From Flavobacteriales bacterium (GTDB taxonomy: Bacteria; Bacteroidota; Bacteroidia; CAIKAF01): DNA of 64,000 nt. Below the pieces are notes generated by a model that saw only the letters and a program-made list of their open reading frames with translations, was not told where the DNA came from and ran no database searches. Of the stretch, positions 35,423-45,438 are shown piece after piece. Within the stretch, counting starts at the first letter, position 1, and the number at the start of each line of letters is the position of its first letter. The stretch lies in assembly GCA_025055575.1 (NCBI GenBank), contig JANWWP010000063.1, forward strand, positions 19,697 through 83,696, given 5' to 3'. Both the position numbers and the translations under genes were made by a program.

Positions 35423-35872
35423 TCATGTGTCCGAACGAACACCCGTAGAGCCAAATCCTCCGGATCCGCGTTCGGTGGACCCCAGCTCATTTTCCGGGAT
35501 CCAAACGGCTTTTTCATATCGGGCTACTATCATTTGGGCAATGCGATCTCCGGGTTGAATGGTTACTTTTTCCGAAGAAAGGTTGATCAGTATGACGCCC
35601 ACCTCCCCGCGGTAATCGCTGTCTATGGTGCCCGGGGCGTTCAGCACCGTAATTCCCTGGCGTAATGCCAACCCGCTTCTGGGCCGCACCTGGGCTTCGG
35701 TACCGGGCGGTAATTCGATAAAAAGACCGGTTGGAATCAACCGACGTTCTAAGGGTTGAAGAGTGACGGGAGCGTCCAGGTGCGCCTGCAGATCCATACC
35801 TGCGGAACCTTCTGTGGCATAGGCAGGATAGGGAAAAGGAGAAGTATTCTTAATTTTTACGTGCAAGGGCAT
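35423..35872 (-). CDS. dut: dUTP diphosphatase (trimeric dUTPase)
   Basis: [30 protein letters not shown] and [10 protein letters not shown] (motifs I-V). Confidence 0.98.
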   Translation of the reverse strand: MPLHVKIKNTSPFPYPAYATEGSAGMDLQAHLDAPVTLQPLERRLIPTGLFIELPPGTEAQVRPRSGLALRQGITVLNAPGTIDSDYRGEVGVILINLSSEKVTIQPGDRIAQMIVARYEKAVWIPENELGSTERGSGGFGSTGVRSDT

Positions 35873-37346
35873 GGAGAAGGGATTTGTCAGAAATCAATGG
35901 CACTGCAAATATGATATATAGCGCCATGAGCACAGAAGCCAACCCATACCTAACCCAAAGAGCAGAATGCATGGGTATTATTTGAAAAAGGGCATAAGCG
36001 CCGCCGGCCAATAGAAACAATTTTCCCAAACGGTCCATTTGGTAGGGGATGGGAAATTTCTTTTGCCCAAAATAATAGGATACCGCCACCATCACGGCGT
36101 AGCAAGTCAGAGTGGCCCAGGCCGAACCCCAATAACCAACAGAAGGAATGAGGGCCACATTTAAAACCACAGTTACCAAGGCGCCCACGATGGAAAAAGC
36201 CATACCGTAAGAGGTTTCTCCTGACAGCTTGTACCACATGCTGAGATTTAAATAAACTCCCGACAACAAGATAGCCATGGTTATGACCGGCACGATGCCC
36301 AATCCCTCCCAATAGACCGGCTGGGCGATGAAGTATTTCAAAATGTCCAAATAAAGATTAATAAATAAAAAAATACCCAGACAAAATCCCACAAACCAAT
36401 TCATAATGCCTGCATATACGAAAGGGGCGTCCTGCTGGCGGGCCTGGGAAAAAAAATACGGTTCCGCGGCAAAGCGAAAGGCCTGAATGAAAAGATACAT
36501 CAGCAGGGCCAGTTTGTAACAGGCCGCGTACACACCCACTGCGTGGCGGGCTTCCTCCCGGGGTAGGATGTGGGTCAGAAACAGGACATCGGCTTTTTCA
36601 TTGATAATGAAACACACTGAGCCCACAGCCAAAGGCCAGGAATAGCGCAACAGGCGGGGAAGTAAAGAACTTGAAAACCTGGCTAATGAACCCAGCACAA
36701 CGGGCAGCAGTAGAAGAAGCTTTACGGCGCTGGCAGCAATATTGCTCATAAAAACATACGCCACGCCCACATCGTGGTTGTACATCGTACGCACAAGAGG
36801 AGAAGATTCCGACCCTTTCTCAAGGTAAACCTGTCGGCAGTAAACAAGCCAAAACAATATCAACCCCACAGAAACCCCCACATTCGCGATATTCACCAAG
36901 GCAAAATAGCCGGGTCTGTTGAGCTGGCGCAAACGGGCCTGAGGCAGGGCCGCCAAGGCGTCTAAAGCAATGATCAGCGAAAACATGATGACATAATCGC
37001 TATGGCCGGGATAACGCAGAATCTCTGAAATAGGTCCGGCTGTGGTAACCACGGCCAGAAAAAAGCCCAAAGTGAGGAATGCCACCACCCCCAGCGCTGT
37101 TGTAAATACAGTTTTGGAATCGTTCACGTGTCCCCCAAAACGGAACAGAGCTGTCTCCAGGCCAAATGTCAGAATGGCCAGTACAACAGCAATGTAGGAA
37201 TACAACTCATTGATAATAGCGTACACCGCGGGTTCAAAAATGCCCGTAAGAAGAGGGGTCAGAAGATAGTTGAGAACCCGCGCCACAATGCTGCTAAGGC
37301 CGTAAACGGCCGTTTGGGATGCCAGCTGTCGAATGTTAAGCGGCAT
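35850..37346 (-). CDS. Polysaccharide biosynthesis flippase (Wzx/MOP family)
   Basis: [25 protein letters not shown]-terminus, more than 12 TM helices, [10 protein letters not shown]. Confidence 0.85.
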   Translation of the reverse strand: MPLNIRQLASQTAVYGLSSIVARVLNYLLTPLLTGIFEPAVYAIINELYSYIAVVLAILTFGLETALFRFGGHVNDSKTVFTTALGVVAFLTLGFFLAVVTTAGPISEILRYPGHSDYVIMFSLIIALDALAALPQARLRQLNRPGYFALVNIANVGVSVGLILFWLVYCRQVYLEKGSESSPLVRTMYNHDVGVAYVFMSNIAASAVKLLLLLPVVLGSLARFSSSLLPRLLRYSWPLAVGSVCFIINEKADVLFLTHILPREEARHAVGVYAACYKLALLMYLFIQAFRFAAEPYFFSQARQQDAPFVYAGIMNWFVGFCLGIFLFINLYLDILKYFIAQPVYWEGLGIVPVITMAILLSGVYLNLSMWYKLSGETSYGMAFSIVGALVTVVLNVALIPSVGYWGSAWATLTCYAVMVAVSYYFGQKKFPIPYQMDRLGKLFLLAGGAYALFQIIPMHSALWVRYGLASVLMALYIIFAVPLISDKSLLHALARKN

Positions 37347-37364
37347 GCCGCAGGGGCGTCAGGT

Positions 37365-38141
37365 TCACCGTCCTGTGAAGCGCGGTTTGCGCTTTTCGAG
37401 AAAGGCTTGTGTGCCTTCCCGAAAGTCTTCGGTGGCAAAGCACAGTCCAAAAGCTTCAATTTCTTTGTCAAATCCGCTGCGCAGGGGCTCATAACCGGCC
37501 CGAATAGCGTTCATGGCTGCGGAAATGGCAGATGGGGAATTGGCGGCAATCCGACCGGCCAGGGCGCGTGCCTCCGAAAGCAATTGTTCCGGTGGGTAAA
37601 TGTGATTAAAAATGCGGAGTGCCAAAGCCCTGTCAGCGGGTATGCGTTGGGCGCTGGTAATGAGTTCAAACGCAGCACCAGGGCCGGCAATACGCGCCAG
37701 GCGCTGGGTGCCTCCATAGCCAGGAATGACGCCCAGCGACACTTCCGGCAAGCCCACCTGCGCAGTGGTGGCGCCCAGACGAATATGGCAGGCTAAGGCC
37801 AGTTCCAAACCGCCGCCCAGAGCATACCCATTCACGGCCGCAATCACGGGTTTGGCTAAGTTTTCAATAAAGTTGAAAAGACGTTCTTGTCCATCAGCCG
37901 CCAGGCGACGCCCTTCTTCCGGCGAAAATGAAGCAAATTCAGCAATATCAGCCCCGGCCACAAAGGCTTTTTCGCCGGCGCCGGTCAGTATGATTACCCG
38001 CGTTTCTGGGTCGTCCTCGGCAGAGGCGAAAGCTGTATTCAATTCGAAAATTACCTGTCGGTTCAAGGCATTCAATTTCTCTGGCCGATTTACGGTGATG
38101 AGTGTAACGGCCTCGTTTTTTTCAAGAATTACATATTCCAT
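37365..38141 (-). CDS. Enoyl-CoA hydratase/isomerase
   Basis: NRPEKLNALN, AFVAGADI, GYALGGGLEL, GLPEVSLGVIPGYGGTQRL and KRKPRFTG motifs. Confidence 0.93.
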   Translation of the reverse strand: MEYVILEKNEAVTLITVNRPEKLNALNRQVIFELNTAFASAEDDPETRVIILTGAGEKAFVAGADIAEFASFSPEEGRRLAADGQERLFNFIENLAKPVIAAVNGYALGGGLELALACHIRLGATTAQVGLPEVSLGVIPGYGGTQRLARIAGPGAAFELITSAQRIPADRALALRIFNHIYPPEQLLSEARALAGRIAANSPSAISAAMNAIRAGYEPLRSGFDKEIEAFGLCFATEDFREGTQAFLEKRKPRFTGR

Positions 38142-38151
38142 AATCCAGGCT

Positions 38152-39423
38152 TTAAACTTTTAAAATACGGCGTACCGCAAAAGAACGGGAAGTTTTGATT
38201 TCTAGAATATACCAGCCGGCTTTAAGGTCTGACAGGGGAAGAACCACCTTCTGAGCACTCTGCATTGCCTGCCACTGACGGACACAATTTCCGGAAGGAT
38301 GAAAAATGCGTAGAGACCTGAGGGGATTTGAGGATTCAGAAGCCACCACCAATTCCATGTCACAAGGTATAGGTCCCACATGAATTACTGCCGTATCCGC
38401 TGTTTCCAAGCTGGTGGCAAAGGCCGGTTTGAAATAGGACAAACCTGATAGGGTGGCAAACCAGTAGCTGGTGTCTTGCCGTTCCCGAACCGCAAAAACT
38501 CTGTTTTGAGCCAGACCGCTGTAACCGGCGCTGAGGCAAGTGAATACGGTATCATTGTAAAGCCAGGCTCCGCAGGTTATTTCATTGGTGGCTATCCACA
38601 GCCTTTGAAATTGGTCAAAATGGAGGTCCCATACTTGGCTGATACCCTGCCCTCCGGTGTGGGTTGCCCCAAACAGCGTCCACGTGCCCGTGGTTCGATC
38701 CAGGCAGTGCAGGGCACTGTCGGGTCTTGAACCTGAAAGCCCAACCCAGATGCGGCCATCAGGGCCCATGGCCACCGTTTGAACGTGGAGGCTGTTAAAG
38801 TTGGTGTTCAAAGTATTGTAAGCCGTCCAGCCCCCGCTGCAAAATTTGAGCAGCCCGGCATTGTGTGTAGCCACCCACACACAACCGCTGTCATCTTCAG
38901 CCAGGGCATTCACGTAACTTAAATCCAAGCCTATGGAGGCCGGACTCAGATGTTGCCAGGCGCTGTTGGCTAATACATACACCCCCTGTCCGTGCGTGCC
39001 CACCCAGAGGTCTCCATTGGCTCTTCGCAGGACGGCACCGACATTGTTGGTGAGCCAGGGCGCATTACCACTGTGGTAGTGGGTCCAGGCACCGTTGTTG
39101 AAGCCAAAAAGTCCACCTGACAGCGTGCCTATCCAAAGGGTTCCTGAAGCTTCCCGGTGCAGTGTTTTTATCCAATTATCGGTCAGGGGACTGTTGGCCG
39201 TGTCCCAAAGGTTCCAGTTCAATTGCTCGCTCAGGCTGGCCAATCCGGAACTCGTGCCCATCCACACCGTGCGGTTGGGGGCTACATCCAGGCTGGTGAT
39301 TAAATTGGAGGGCAAAGGAGATGTGAGGGTATCGAATGTATACCATCCCGGGAAACCCTGGGCGGCTAAAGAACCATTCCAAAAAGTTAAAACGATCGCA
39401 AAAGCAATCTTCCCCCCGTTCAT
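38152..39423 (-). CDS. Secreted beta-propeller protein (Reg_prop-type repeats) with a T9SS type-A-like C-terminal domain
   Basis: Signal peptide, seven repeats of the form SxxVxxLxxDxxGxxWxGT, and a C-terminus ending LKAGWYILEIK...RRILKV. Confidence 0.75.
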   Translation of the reverse strand: MNGGKIAFAIVLTFWNGSLAAQGFPGWYTFDTLTSPLPSNLITSLDVAPNRTVWMGTSSGLASLSEQLNWNLWDTANSPLTDNWIKTLHREASGTLWIGTLSGGLFGFNNGAWTHYHSGNAPWLTNNVGAVLRRANGDLWVGTHGQGVYVLANSAWQHLSPASIGLDLSYVNALAEDDSGCVWVATHNAGLLKFCSGGWTAYNTLNTNFNSLHVQTVAMGPDGRIWVGLSGSRPDSALHCLDRTTGTWTLFGATHTGGQGISQVWDLHFDQFQRLWIATNEITCGAWLYNDTVFTCLSAGYSGLAQNRVFAVRERQDTSYWFATLSGLSYFKPAFATSLETADTAVIHVGPIPCDMELVVASESSNPLRSLRIFHPSGNCVRQWQAMQSAQKVVLPLSDLKAGWYILEIKTSRSFAVRRILKV

Positions 39424-39461
39424 ACCACAAACTTAGAGATTCCCTTTCAATGCCCGTAGGC

Positions 39462-40964
39462 TCACGCTTCTGTCCGGATGCGTTTCAAAAGATGTTCCAG
39501 ACCGATGAAGGCCCCTGCCGTGAGGAGCGCAGACAAGGCGGTGCCGGTGACGCCGTGCAAATTCATATTTTGCCCGGTGTAATAGAGCCTGTCCGGGATA
39601 ATAACTGGCGAAAAAATTCCATTTCCGGGCCGGTGGTAATCTTTCAAAATTCCATACATAGAACCGTTGGGACTGCCAATGTAATCCCGCCAGGTGAGTG
39701 GCGTGGAGACACTCACAGAGGCTATGCTTTCGGAAGTTATGTGCAGGGCTTCCGGTAGGCTTTCCAGAAATTCTTCAGCCAGATGGCTTTTAAGTGCTTC
39801 ATACTCCGGATCGCGGGTTTCAGGGTAATGAGGTTGAGTTCTAAAGGTGGATTGCCATTTTTGAAAAACTTTTTCTGGGCAATACGTGAGAACATTTATC
39901 ACGCTCGCGTAACCAGGATGGGCTTCATCCGGAGTCCAGAACATACCCCAGTGATCAAATGGATTTCTCGCAGCGCCATTCCAGACTTCTCCGCAAGGAT
40001 TTCCATAAATGTTGTGGTTTCTGTAAGGTATGGTACCGGGTTTCAAAGCCAAATGTAAGGTGAGGGAAGGACTGGAATCTCCCAGCCGCACTTTGCGTCG
40101 GAATGACGGTGGCAGGCACTCCGATGGCACCACCCGTGCCACCACCGTGGGGTGGACCGCCATCACCAGGCGTTGGCACTCGAAAACTCTTTTTTGGAGG
40201 TCACACACCCGCCAAGCGCCGCTCGTCTGATTCAGAATCTGATGGATTTCTGAATAATTAAAAAGCTGGCCTCCCCACGATTGTATAGCCTTCACAAGGC
40301 CGGTCGCCAGTGTATGACTTCCTTTTCTTGGTCTCCAGGCGCTCTGTACGTAAGAGGCCATCGTCATGGCATGGGTGTAAAAGCTGGTTGCCGCACTGCG
40401 CCCATCATAAATAAGACTATTTCCGGCCAACACCTTTTTTAGCAGAGGGTCTTTGAAAGATTGGTCAATATATTCGTAGGCTGCCATACCCAGATAGGGA
40501 TTACTCAGATAGGTATCCGCAGGCAACTGAAGATGAAAAAGGGGAGCGCTCTGCGTGACCTCCTGCATCACGGCGGCGTAACGGCGTAAGGCGCTTTTCT
40601 CCGAAGGAAAAAAATCGGAAAGTACGCGGGCGAAATTGTCGAATCCTTGAGCCAGGGGATAGATACAAAATTCCCCGCCCGGCCACACTCCGTCAAAGCA
40701 ATCCGGATCTAAGCGAATGAAATCTTCGGGCTTGAAAACTCCTAAATAGCTTAGGATAAGATGAAGATTCTGACCTTCATCCAACCCGCCGATATAATGA
40801 ATGCCGGTATCTATAATTTTTTTGCTCCGCGAAAAAATCTGCAGTGCACCGCCAAATTGGCGGTTCTTTTCAAAAACCGCTACCTTAAAACCTTCCTTAG
40901 CTAAGAAGGCCCCCACAAGGAGGCCTCCGATGCCTGAACCTACGATGCCGACATCATAGCGCAT
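39462..40964 (-). CDS. FAD-dependent oxidoreductase (phytoene desaturase / retinol saturase-like)
   Basis: VGIVGSGIGG Rossmann motif, FEKN...GG, IDTGIHYIG, STPLTWRDY...GSMYG and LYYTGQ. Confidence 0.85.
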   Translation of the reverse strand: MRYDVGIVGSGIGGLLVGAFLAKEGFKVAVFEKNRQFGGALQIFSRSKKIIDTGIHYIGGLDEGQNLHLILSYLGVFKPEDFIRLDPDCFDGVWPGGEFCIYPLAQGFDNFARVLSDFFPSEKSALRRYAAVMQEVTQSAPLFHLQLPADTYLSNPYLGMAAYEYIDQSFKDPLLKKVLAGNSLIYDGRSAATSFYTHAMTMASYVQSAWRPRKGSHTLATGLVKAIQSWGGQLFNYSEIHQILNQTSGAWRVCDLQKRVFECQRLVMAVHPTVVARVVPSECLPPSFRRKVRLGDSSPSLTLHLALKPGTIPYRNHNIYGNPCGEVWNGAARNPFDHWGMFWTPDEAHPGYASVINVLTYCPEKVFQKWQSTFRTQPHYPETRDPEYEALKSHLAEEFLESLPEALHITSESIASVSVSTPLTWRDYIGSPNGSMYGILKDYHRPGNGIFSPVIIPDRLYYTGQNMNLHGVTGTALSALLTAGAFIGLEHLLKRIRTEA

Positions 40965-41009
40965 ACTCCGGGCCCCGACAAAAACAGGGGCTTAGCCGAA
41001 AGTATATCC

Positions 41010-41294
41010 TTAGTCTTTGCGCGGCTCTTCCTTAGCCGGAATATTTTTTTCGTTCCGGTCTGCGGCCGTATTTTGAAAAGCCGTGGTCTTGTGATCGCCC
41101 TGGCAATGGCCCGAGGCGGCAGCGGTGGCAGAGGATTTGCTGCTACAGCAGGCTTTGGTGGCCGCTCCTTTTCTGCAGCAGGAAGCGCCTCCTGAGGGCG
41201 GGGTTTGTTCAGAGGCAGGGCTGGTTGTCACGGATTGGGCCATGGCTACCCCAGAAAAGGCTACCCAGGCGAGAGAAAGAATTAATTTTTTCAT
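41010..41294 (-). CDS. Small exported Cys-rich protein (94 aa)
   Basis: ATG 41294 gives a signal peptide (MKKLILSLAWVAFSGVAMAQ) followed by SCC, ACC and HC motifs; -7 box at 41310-41317. Confidence 0.7.
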   Translation of the reverse strand: MKKLILSLAWVAFSGVAMAQSVTTSPASEQTPPSGGASCCRKGAATKACCSSKSSATAAASGHCQGDHKTTAFQNTAADRNEKNIPAKEEPRKD

Positions 41295-41309
41295 GTTTAA
41301 GAGCTGGGA

Positions 41310-41317
41310 CAAAGATA
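41310..41317 (-). promoter_or_regulatory. -7 promoter box TATCTTTG for the small Cys-rich gene
   Basis: Exact TAnnTTTG on the minus strand, 15 nt before ATG 41294. Confidence 0.65.
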
Positions 41318-41338
41318 AATACCTAGCCGCCTTCTTCG

Positions 41339-41346
41339 TACATTTG
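41339..41346 (+). promoter_or_regulatory. -7 promoter box TACATTTG for the DUF4412-like gene
   Basis: Exact TAnnTTTG, 18 nt before ATG 41365; back-to-back with the minus-strand box. Confidence 0.65.
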
Positions 41347-41364
41347 GCTCCTAAAATTCTTCCT

Positions 41365-42051
41365 ATGCTCAAGCTTCTACGGATCAAAACTGTCTCTTTT
41401 TGCCTTTTCTTCGTGGGGTTAGGCATTCTGCAGGCTCAGGAAGGGCTTGTTTCTTTTAAAATGAAAATTACCGGCGAGATGGCTGATTTGATGGGTCCCA
41501 TGATGCCCAATAAAATGACGGTCAGGTATAAAGATGGGAATTCCCGCATCAGCATGGAAGGTGGCATGGCCGCCTCCATGATGGGCGACATTGTGTACCT
41601 GAGCGAAAAAAATGAAGCCTATATGTTGCGAGATAAAGAGAAAACAGCTTATAAAATGCCGGATAAGCAGCCGGGCGAAAACGTTAAGCCGGAGGTGACC
41701 CTTTTGGGAGAGGAAGAAATGAACGGATATAAGTGCCGGAAGTATAAAATTGTTATCAAAGGAGAAAAAGACGGATCCGTCGATCAAATCATGTGGGCTA
41801 CAGACGATATAAAAATGCCCAAGCCTAAGAAATCTGCGGCTGTAGGCTCTGGCTCCTCGCTATTTCTGGATGAAATTGAAGGCTTTCCTGTAAAAGTGGA
41901 GCTCAGCATGCAACAGATGGGCATTAACCTAAATCAAATTATTGAATTGGATAAATACGACCCCGCACCTCAGGATCCGGCTTTATTCAGGATTCCTGAA
42001 AATTTTAAAATCAAAGACTTCGATCCTAAAATGTTTGGGGGTGGCCGATGA
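41365..42051 (+). CDS. DUF4412/GLPGLI-like exported protein
   Basis: Signal peptide from ATG 41365; GEEEMNGYKCRKY, IMWATDDI, GFPVKVE and DPALFRIPENFK motifs. Confidence 0.7.
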   Translation: MLKLLRIKTVSFCLFFVGLGILQAQEGLVSFKMKITGEMADLMGPMMPNKMTVRYKDGNSRISMEGGMAASMMGDIVYLSEKNEAYMLRDKEKTAYKMPDKQPGENVKPEVTLLGEEEMNGYKCRKYKIVIKGEKDGSVDQIMWATDDIKMPKPKKSAAVGSGSSLFLDEIEGFPVKVELSMQQMGINLNQIIELDKYDPAPQDPALFRIPENFKIKDFDPKMFGGGR

Positions 42052-42075
42052 GGCCTCTTTGCCAGTTTGTGGGGT

Positions 42076-42597
42076 ATGACGAGCGGCCGTGGAAAATCCC
42101 GGAACTCAGCGTCTGAATCGTCGACGCGTGATTATGATTTTGAAAAAATTCTGAGGTTTTGCAATTTCAGGCCCCGTCACCGCTATGAAGTGGAAAAGAA
42201 AATGGTGGAGATGGGGCTGTGCGAAAGCATTCGTAAAAAATACCTGAGACGCCTGGAAAAAGATGGATTGCTTCAGGACGATGTTTTCCTGGAAGCGTAT
42301 ATCCTTGGGAAGTTGAGAAATAATCGCTGGGGCCGCTTGAAAATTGCCTATCAATTAAAACAGCAGGGATTTAGCTCACAGGTGATCAACAAAGCTTTCA
42401 AAAAGTACATTGATCCGGAAGAATATCTCCAGGTGGCCCGCACGCTCTGCCGGATGAGGTACCATTTTTTTCTGAAAAAAAAATTTGCGCCTGGCGAAAT
42501 TTCGTTGAAATGCATCAATTATCTGGTAGGAAAAGGGTTCGAAATGGAAGTGTGCAAGGCCGTCTGCCAGGAATTTGGACAAGCCCACGGCCAGTGA
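42076..42597 (+). CDS. recX: Regulatory protein RecX
   Basis: FCNFRPRHRYEV, DDVFLEAYILGK...WGRLKIAYQLKQ and YLVGKGF motifs. Start ATG 42076 or GTG 42067. Confidence 0.85.
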   Translation: MTSGRGKSRNSASESSTRDYDFEKILRFCNFRPRHRYEVEKKMVEMGLCESIRKKYLRRLEKDGLLQDDVFLEAYILGKLRNNRWGRLKIAYQLKQQGFSSQVINKAFKKYIDPEEYLQVARTLCRMRYHFFLKKKFAPGEISLKCINYLVGKGFEMEVCKAVCQEFGQAHGQ

Positions 42598-42601
42598 CCA
42601 T

Positions 42602-44689
42602 TTAAGCTTCCTGTATTTTTCGCCAGGTCCAGGTGCGGCTGAACAGGGCTTCGGCGGCCAGGGCGCAGGCCGCAGCGAGGAGAAATGGCCACCAGCGCGA
42701 TCGGCCGCTCTCACTTTGGCCTTGGACATGGGCCGCCAGTTCATCGGGTCGGCCCGTCAGAAGTTCTGTAAACCCCCAGTTTTCATTCTGAATTATTTCT
42801 TGAAGTTCTTCAGGGCTGAAATACTCAGGTATGCTTTCCGGCCCGGGCGCATTCAGTGCCAGCTGGCCCAGCTTTTCACCGGCCCGTTCAAGACGATATA
42901 TTCCGGGCGGTGGAGTTTCCTGGCGGAGAAAAAATGTCACTTTTTTGGTATCGTGTACCTGTTCCGGAATAAAAATCAAATCTGGGTTCTGCACATTCAC
43001 CCAGCGCACAGGTTCCTCTTGAATACCGGCCTTGGAATTTGGAATGGCCTCATTTTCCAAGGGGTAAGAAAAACTTTCCCGGCCTGCCGTGTAATATAAG
43101 GGCGGTAGCGGCCGGCTGCTCATCACACTGCGCAGAATTACAGGCACAAACAAACCGTGCACAGTAAAATTGGAAGCGTCTGCACTGAGGGGTGTCGCAC
43201 ATGCCATGATGTGCCCTTGCCCAAAGGGAAGACGTTGCCAGAAGGCTTCTCCTCCGCTGAATGTCATGATTTTTTCAGCACCCGGCCAAGTCGTCATGTA
43301 ACCGACTGACACTTGGGGCCATTGAATAGTCTCATCCGTTTTTTCAAAGACGCCTTCAAAAAAGGGGATATCCGCACTCGCCGGCCGCACGCGTCCCGGG
43401 TTGTTGCGTGGAATTCCTGGCCAGCTCAGCCCGAAGGTGGCTTGGAAGGCCTGATGGTCTTCAGGACTCCCTGGCTTTGCCGGTGGAAATAGAACGGCGG
43501 TCCCTCCCTTGGATACGAAATCTTTTATAGCTGCGGCCAGACCTGTAGTCCATTGTTGGATACCGCACAGAAACACGACATCGGTCTGGGACAGACTTGA
43601 ATAATCCGCCTGGCCCTTTGGCACGGCGGTGACATCGAAAGCGGGCTCGGTGGCCAATGCCTGGATGACGGGTGTAGCCGGGTCGTCATACCACACCAGC
43701 ACGCGGCGGCGGATGCCGGAACGCAGGCATACAAAAAAACGATTATCAAAAGTGGCGGCTCCGTCCTCCAGCCGAAACTCCACGCCCAGATCATCCTGGG
43801 CCGGGAGCGTGACGGCATATGCAAACTCAGTTGTTCCGCCGGCAGGGATCCTCAACATGGATCCAGATTTCTTTTCTCCGTTCACAAATATTTCCACCGG
43901 CACTTCATCAGCGGATTCTTTGCCATAGTTCCGGAGCCGGAAGCTGAGATTCACAGCTTGATTGGGCCCGGGAAATGCTGGCTGGACCCAGGCTGAGTCT
44001 ACAGTCACATTCATGCGGTGGCGGGGTTGCACAGGCACCCAGAGCCACTTTTCGGGGGTTCCTTCCGCCCATGTAATAGTTTGAAAATCTGAGACATGTT
44101 TCTGAAAATCTGAGATGAACACCACAATGTTTGCGGCTTTATCCTCTGGCCGGGAAGAAATTTCCTGCTGCACACGGCGCACCACTGAACTCAGGTTTTT
44201 GGAGGGTCCGCCAGCCGGAATGGAAGCCACTTGATTCAGGGCATCCTGAAGGGATGTTTCTCGTCCTCCACCCGCCAGCGGCGAGGAAGACAATACATGA
44301 AAACGACCGGCTTCCCCAAAAGCTTTCATCAGCGCTTCCGCTTTTTCGCGGGCCGCGTCGAGGAGGGTCCCGGTTCCGCTGGAGGCTTCCATGCTGAGAG
44401 AATTATCCAGGTAAACGTACACGTTGGTACGTCCGGATACAAGGTTTTCTCCTTTTTTCACTGGAAAAGCAAATGCGGTCACAAGCAACGCCAAGGCTGC
44501 CAGACGCAAGGCCAGCAAAAGCCAGTGCCGGAGACGGGACCGCCGCTGCGACTCCGTGAGCGCTCTGCGTAAAAATGAAATATCTGAAAAGCGGACTTTT
44601 TTAAACTTCCGAAATCGGAAAAGGTGAATGACTATAGGAATGGCCAGGGAGGCCAGGGCCAGGAAAAAAAGAGGGTAAAGAAATGTCAA
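42602..44689 (-). CDS. BatA-domain / vWA membrane protein (aerotolerance-regulator-like N-terminus)
   Basis: TFLYPLFFLALASLAIPIVIHLF, LLLALRLAALALLVTAFAFP and YLDNSLSM (MIDAS-like). TTG 44689 fits the usual MxFLYP start. Confidence 0.85.
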   Translation of the reverse strand: MTFLYPLFFLALASLAIPIVIHLFRFRKFKKVRFSDISFLRRALTESQRRSRLRHWLLLALRLAALALLVTAFAFPVKKGENLVSGRTNVYVYLDNSLSMEASSGTGTLLDAAREKAEALMKAFGEAGRFHVLSSSPLAGGGRETSLQDALNQVASIPAGGPSKNLSSVVRRVQQEISSRPEDKAANIVVFISDFQKHVSDFQTITWAEGTPEKWLWVPVQPRHRMNVTVDSAWVQPAFPGPNQAVNLSFRLRNYGKESADEVPVEIFVNGEKKSGSMLRIPAGGTTEFAYAVTLPAQDDLGVEFRLEDGAATFDNRFFVCLRSGIRRRVLVWYDDPATPVIQALATEPAFDVTAVPKGQADYSSLSQTDVVFLCGIQQWTTGLAAAIKDFVSKGGTAVLFPPAKPGSPEDHQAFQATFGLSWPGIPRNNPGRVRPASADIPFFEGVFEKTDETIQWPQVSVGYMTTWPGAEKIMTFSGGEAFWQRLPFGQGHIMACATPLSADASNFTVHGLFVPVILRSVMSSRPLPPLYYTAGRESFSYPLENEAIPNSKAGIQEEPVRWVNVQNPDLIFIPEQVHDTKKVTFFLRQETPPPGIYRLERAGEKLGQLALNAPGPESIPEYFSPEELQEIIQNENWGFTELLTGRPDELAAHVQGQSESGRSRWWPFLLAAACALAAEALFSRTWTWRKIQEA

Positions 44690-44702
44690 GGGCTGAGCCA
44701 AA

Positions 44703-45398
44703 TTAACCAAATACCTTCCTCAGCAGGTCTGTGACGCGTGCCGATGCATCGGTTCGGATTTTTTGTTCCTGTTTTTCAATGTACACAAACAGCCCATCCA
44801 AAGCTTTGCGGGTAGTAAAAACCGCCAGGTTGTCGGGAATAGGATTAACGAGAGGCAGACTGTTGTAAGCCGAAGTAAACTGCTGCCACAACTGCTGGGC
44901 CCCCACAGACTCCAGGGATTGCTGAATATCCGGCTGGAATGTCGTCTCCAGTTGGGTATAAGTCTTATTTCGCAGATATGTGGTAGCCGCATTTTGAGCC
45001 CCGCGCAATATGCCAAAGGCATCCTCGATGGTCATGGTGGTTATGGCATCCACAAAAATGGGTTTGGCTTTGATGGCAGCGGCTTCTGCTGACCGGTTGA
45101 TTTTCAATATTAATTGATCGGACAGGCCCGGAATGATGGCATCCACCACTGTGGCCGCACCTTGGGCTTCCGGAGGCAGGAATATTTTCACCAAGGCATC
45201 TCCAAAATAACCGTCCGTTTTATGAAGCCGGCTCACTGAGGAGTCTGTACCCACCCTAAGGGCTTCCCTCAAGGCGGCAGCCACTTCAGCTTCGCTGAGT
45301 CCGGCTTTTTCGCAGGAGCTCACCCCCAAGGGCCCAAGCGTCAAAATGCAGCCCCCCATTATTAAAAGTAAAAAGGAAACGATTTTGGAATGTTTCAT
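44703..45398 (-). CDS. DUF4197 family lipoprotein
   Basis: Lipobox VSSC; ALREALRVG, VKIFLPPE, NRSAEAA, AFGILRG and ALDGLF...EQKIR motifs. Confidence 0.88.
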   Translation of the reverse strand: MKHSKIVSFLLLIMGGCILTLGPLGVSSCEKAGLSEAEVAAALREALRVGTDSSVSRLHKTDGYFGDALVKIFLPPEAQGAATVVDAIIPGLSDQLILKINRSAEAAAIKAKPIFVDAITTMTIEDAFGILRGAQNAATTYLRNKTYTQLETTFQPDIQQSLESVGAQQLWQQFTSAYNSLPLVNPIPDNLAVFTTRKALDGLFVYIEKQEQKIRTDASARVTDLLRKVFG

Positions 45399-45430
45399 AA
45401 ATTCTTTTTCGGAAAAAACAAATCACAGGC

Positions 45431-45438
45431 CAAAGTTA
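45431..45438 (-). promoter_or_regulatory. -7 promoter box TAACTTTG for the DUF4197 gene
   Basis: Exact TAnnTTTG on the minus strand, 32 nt before ATG 45398. Confidence 0.7.

Noticed and set aside
39462-40964. Carotenoid biosynthesis cluster
   Set aside because: No phytoene synthase, cyclase or GGPP synthase nearby.
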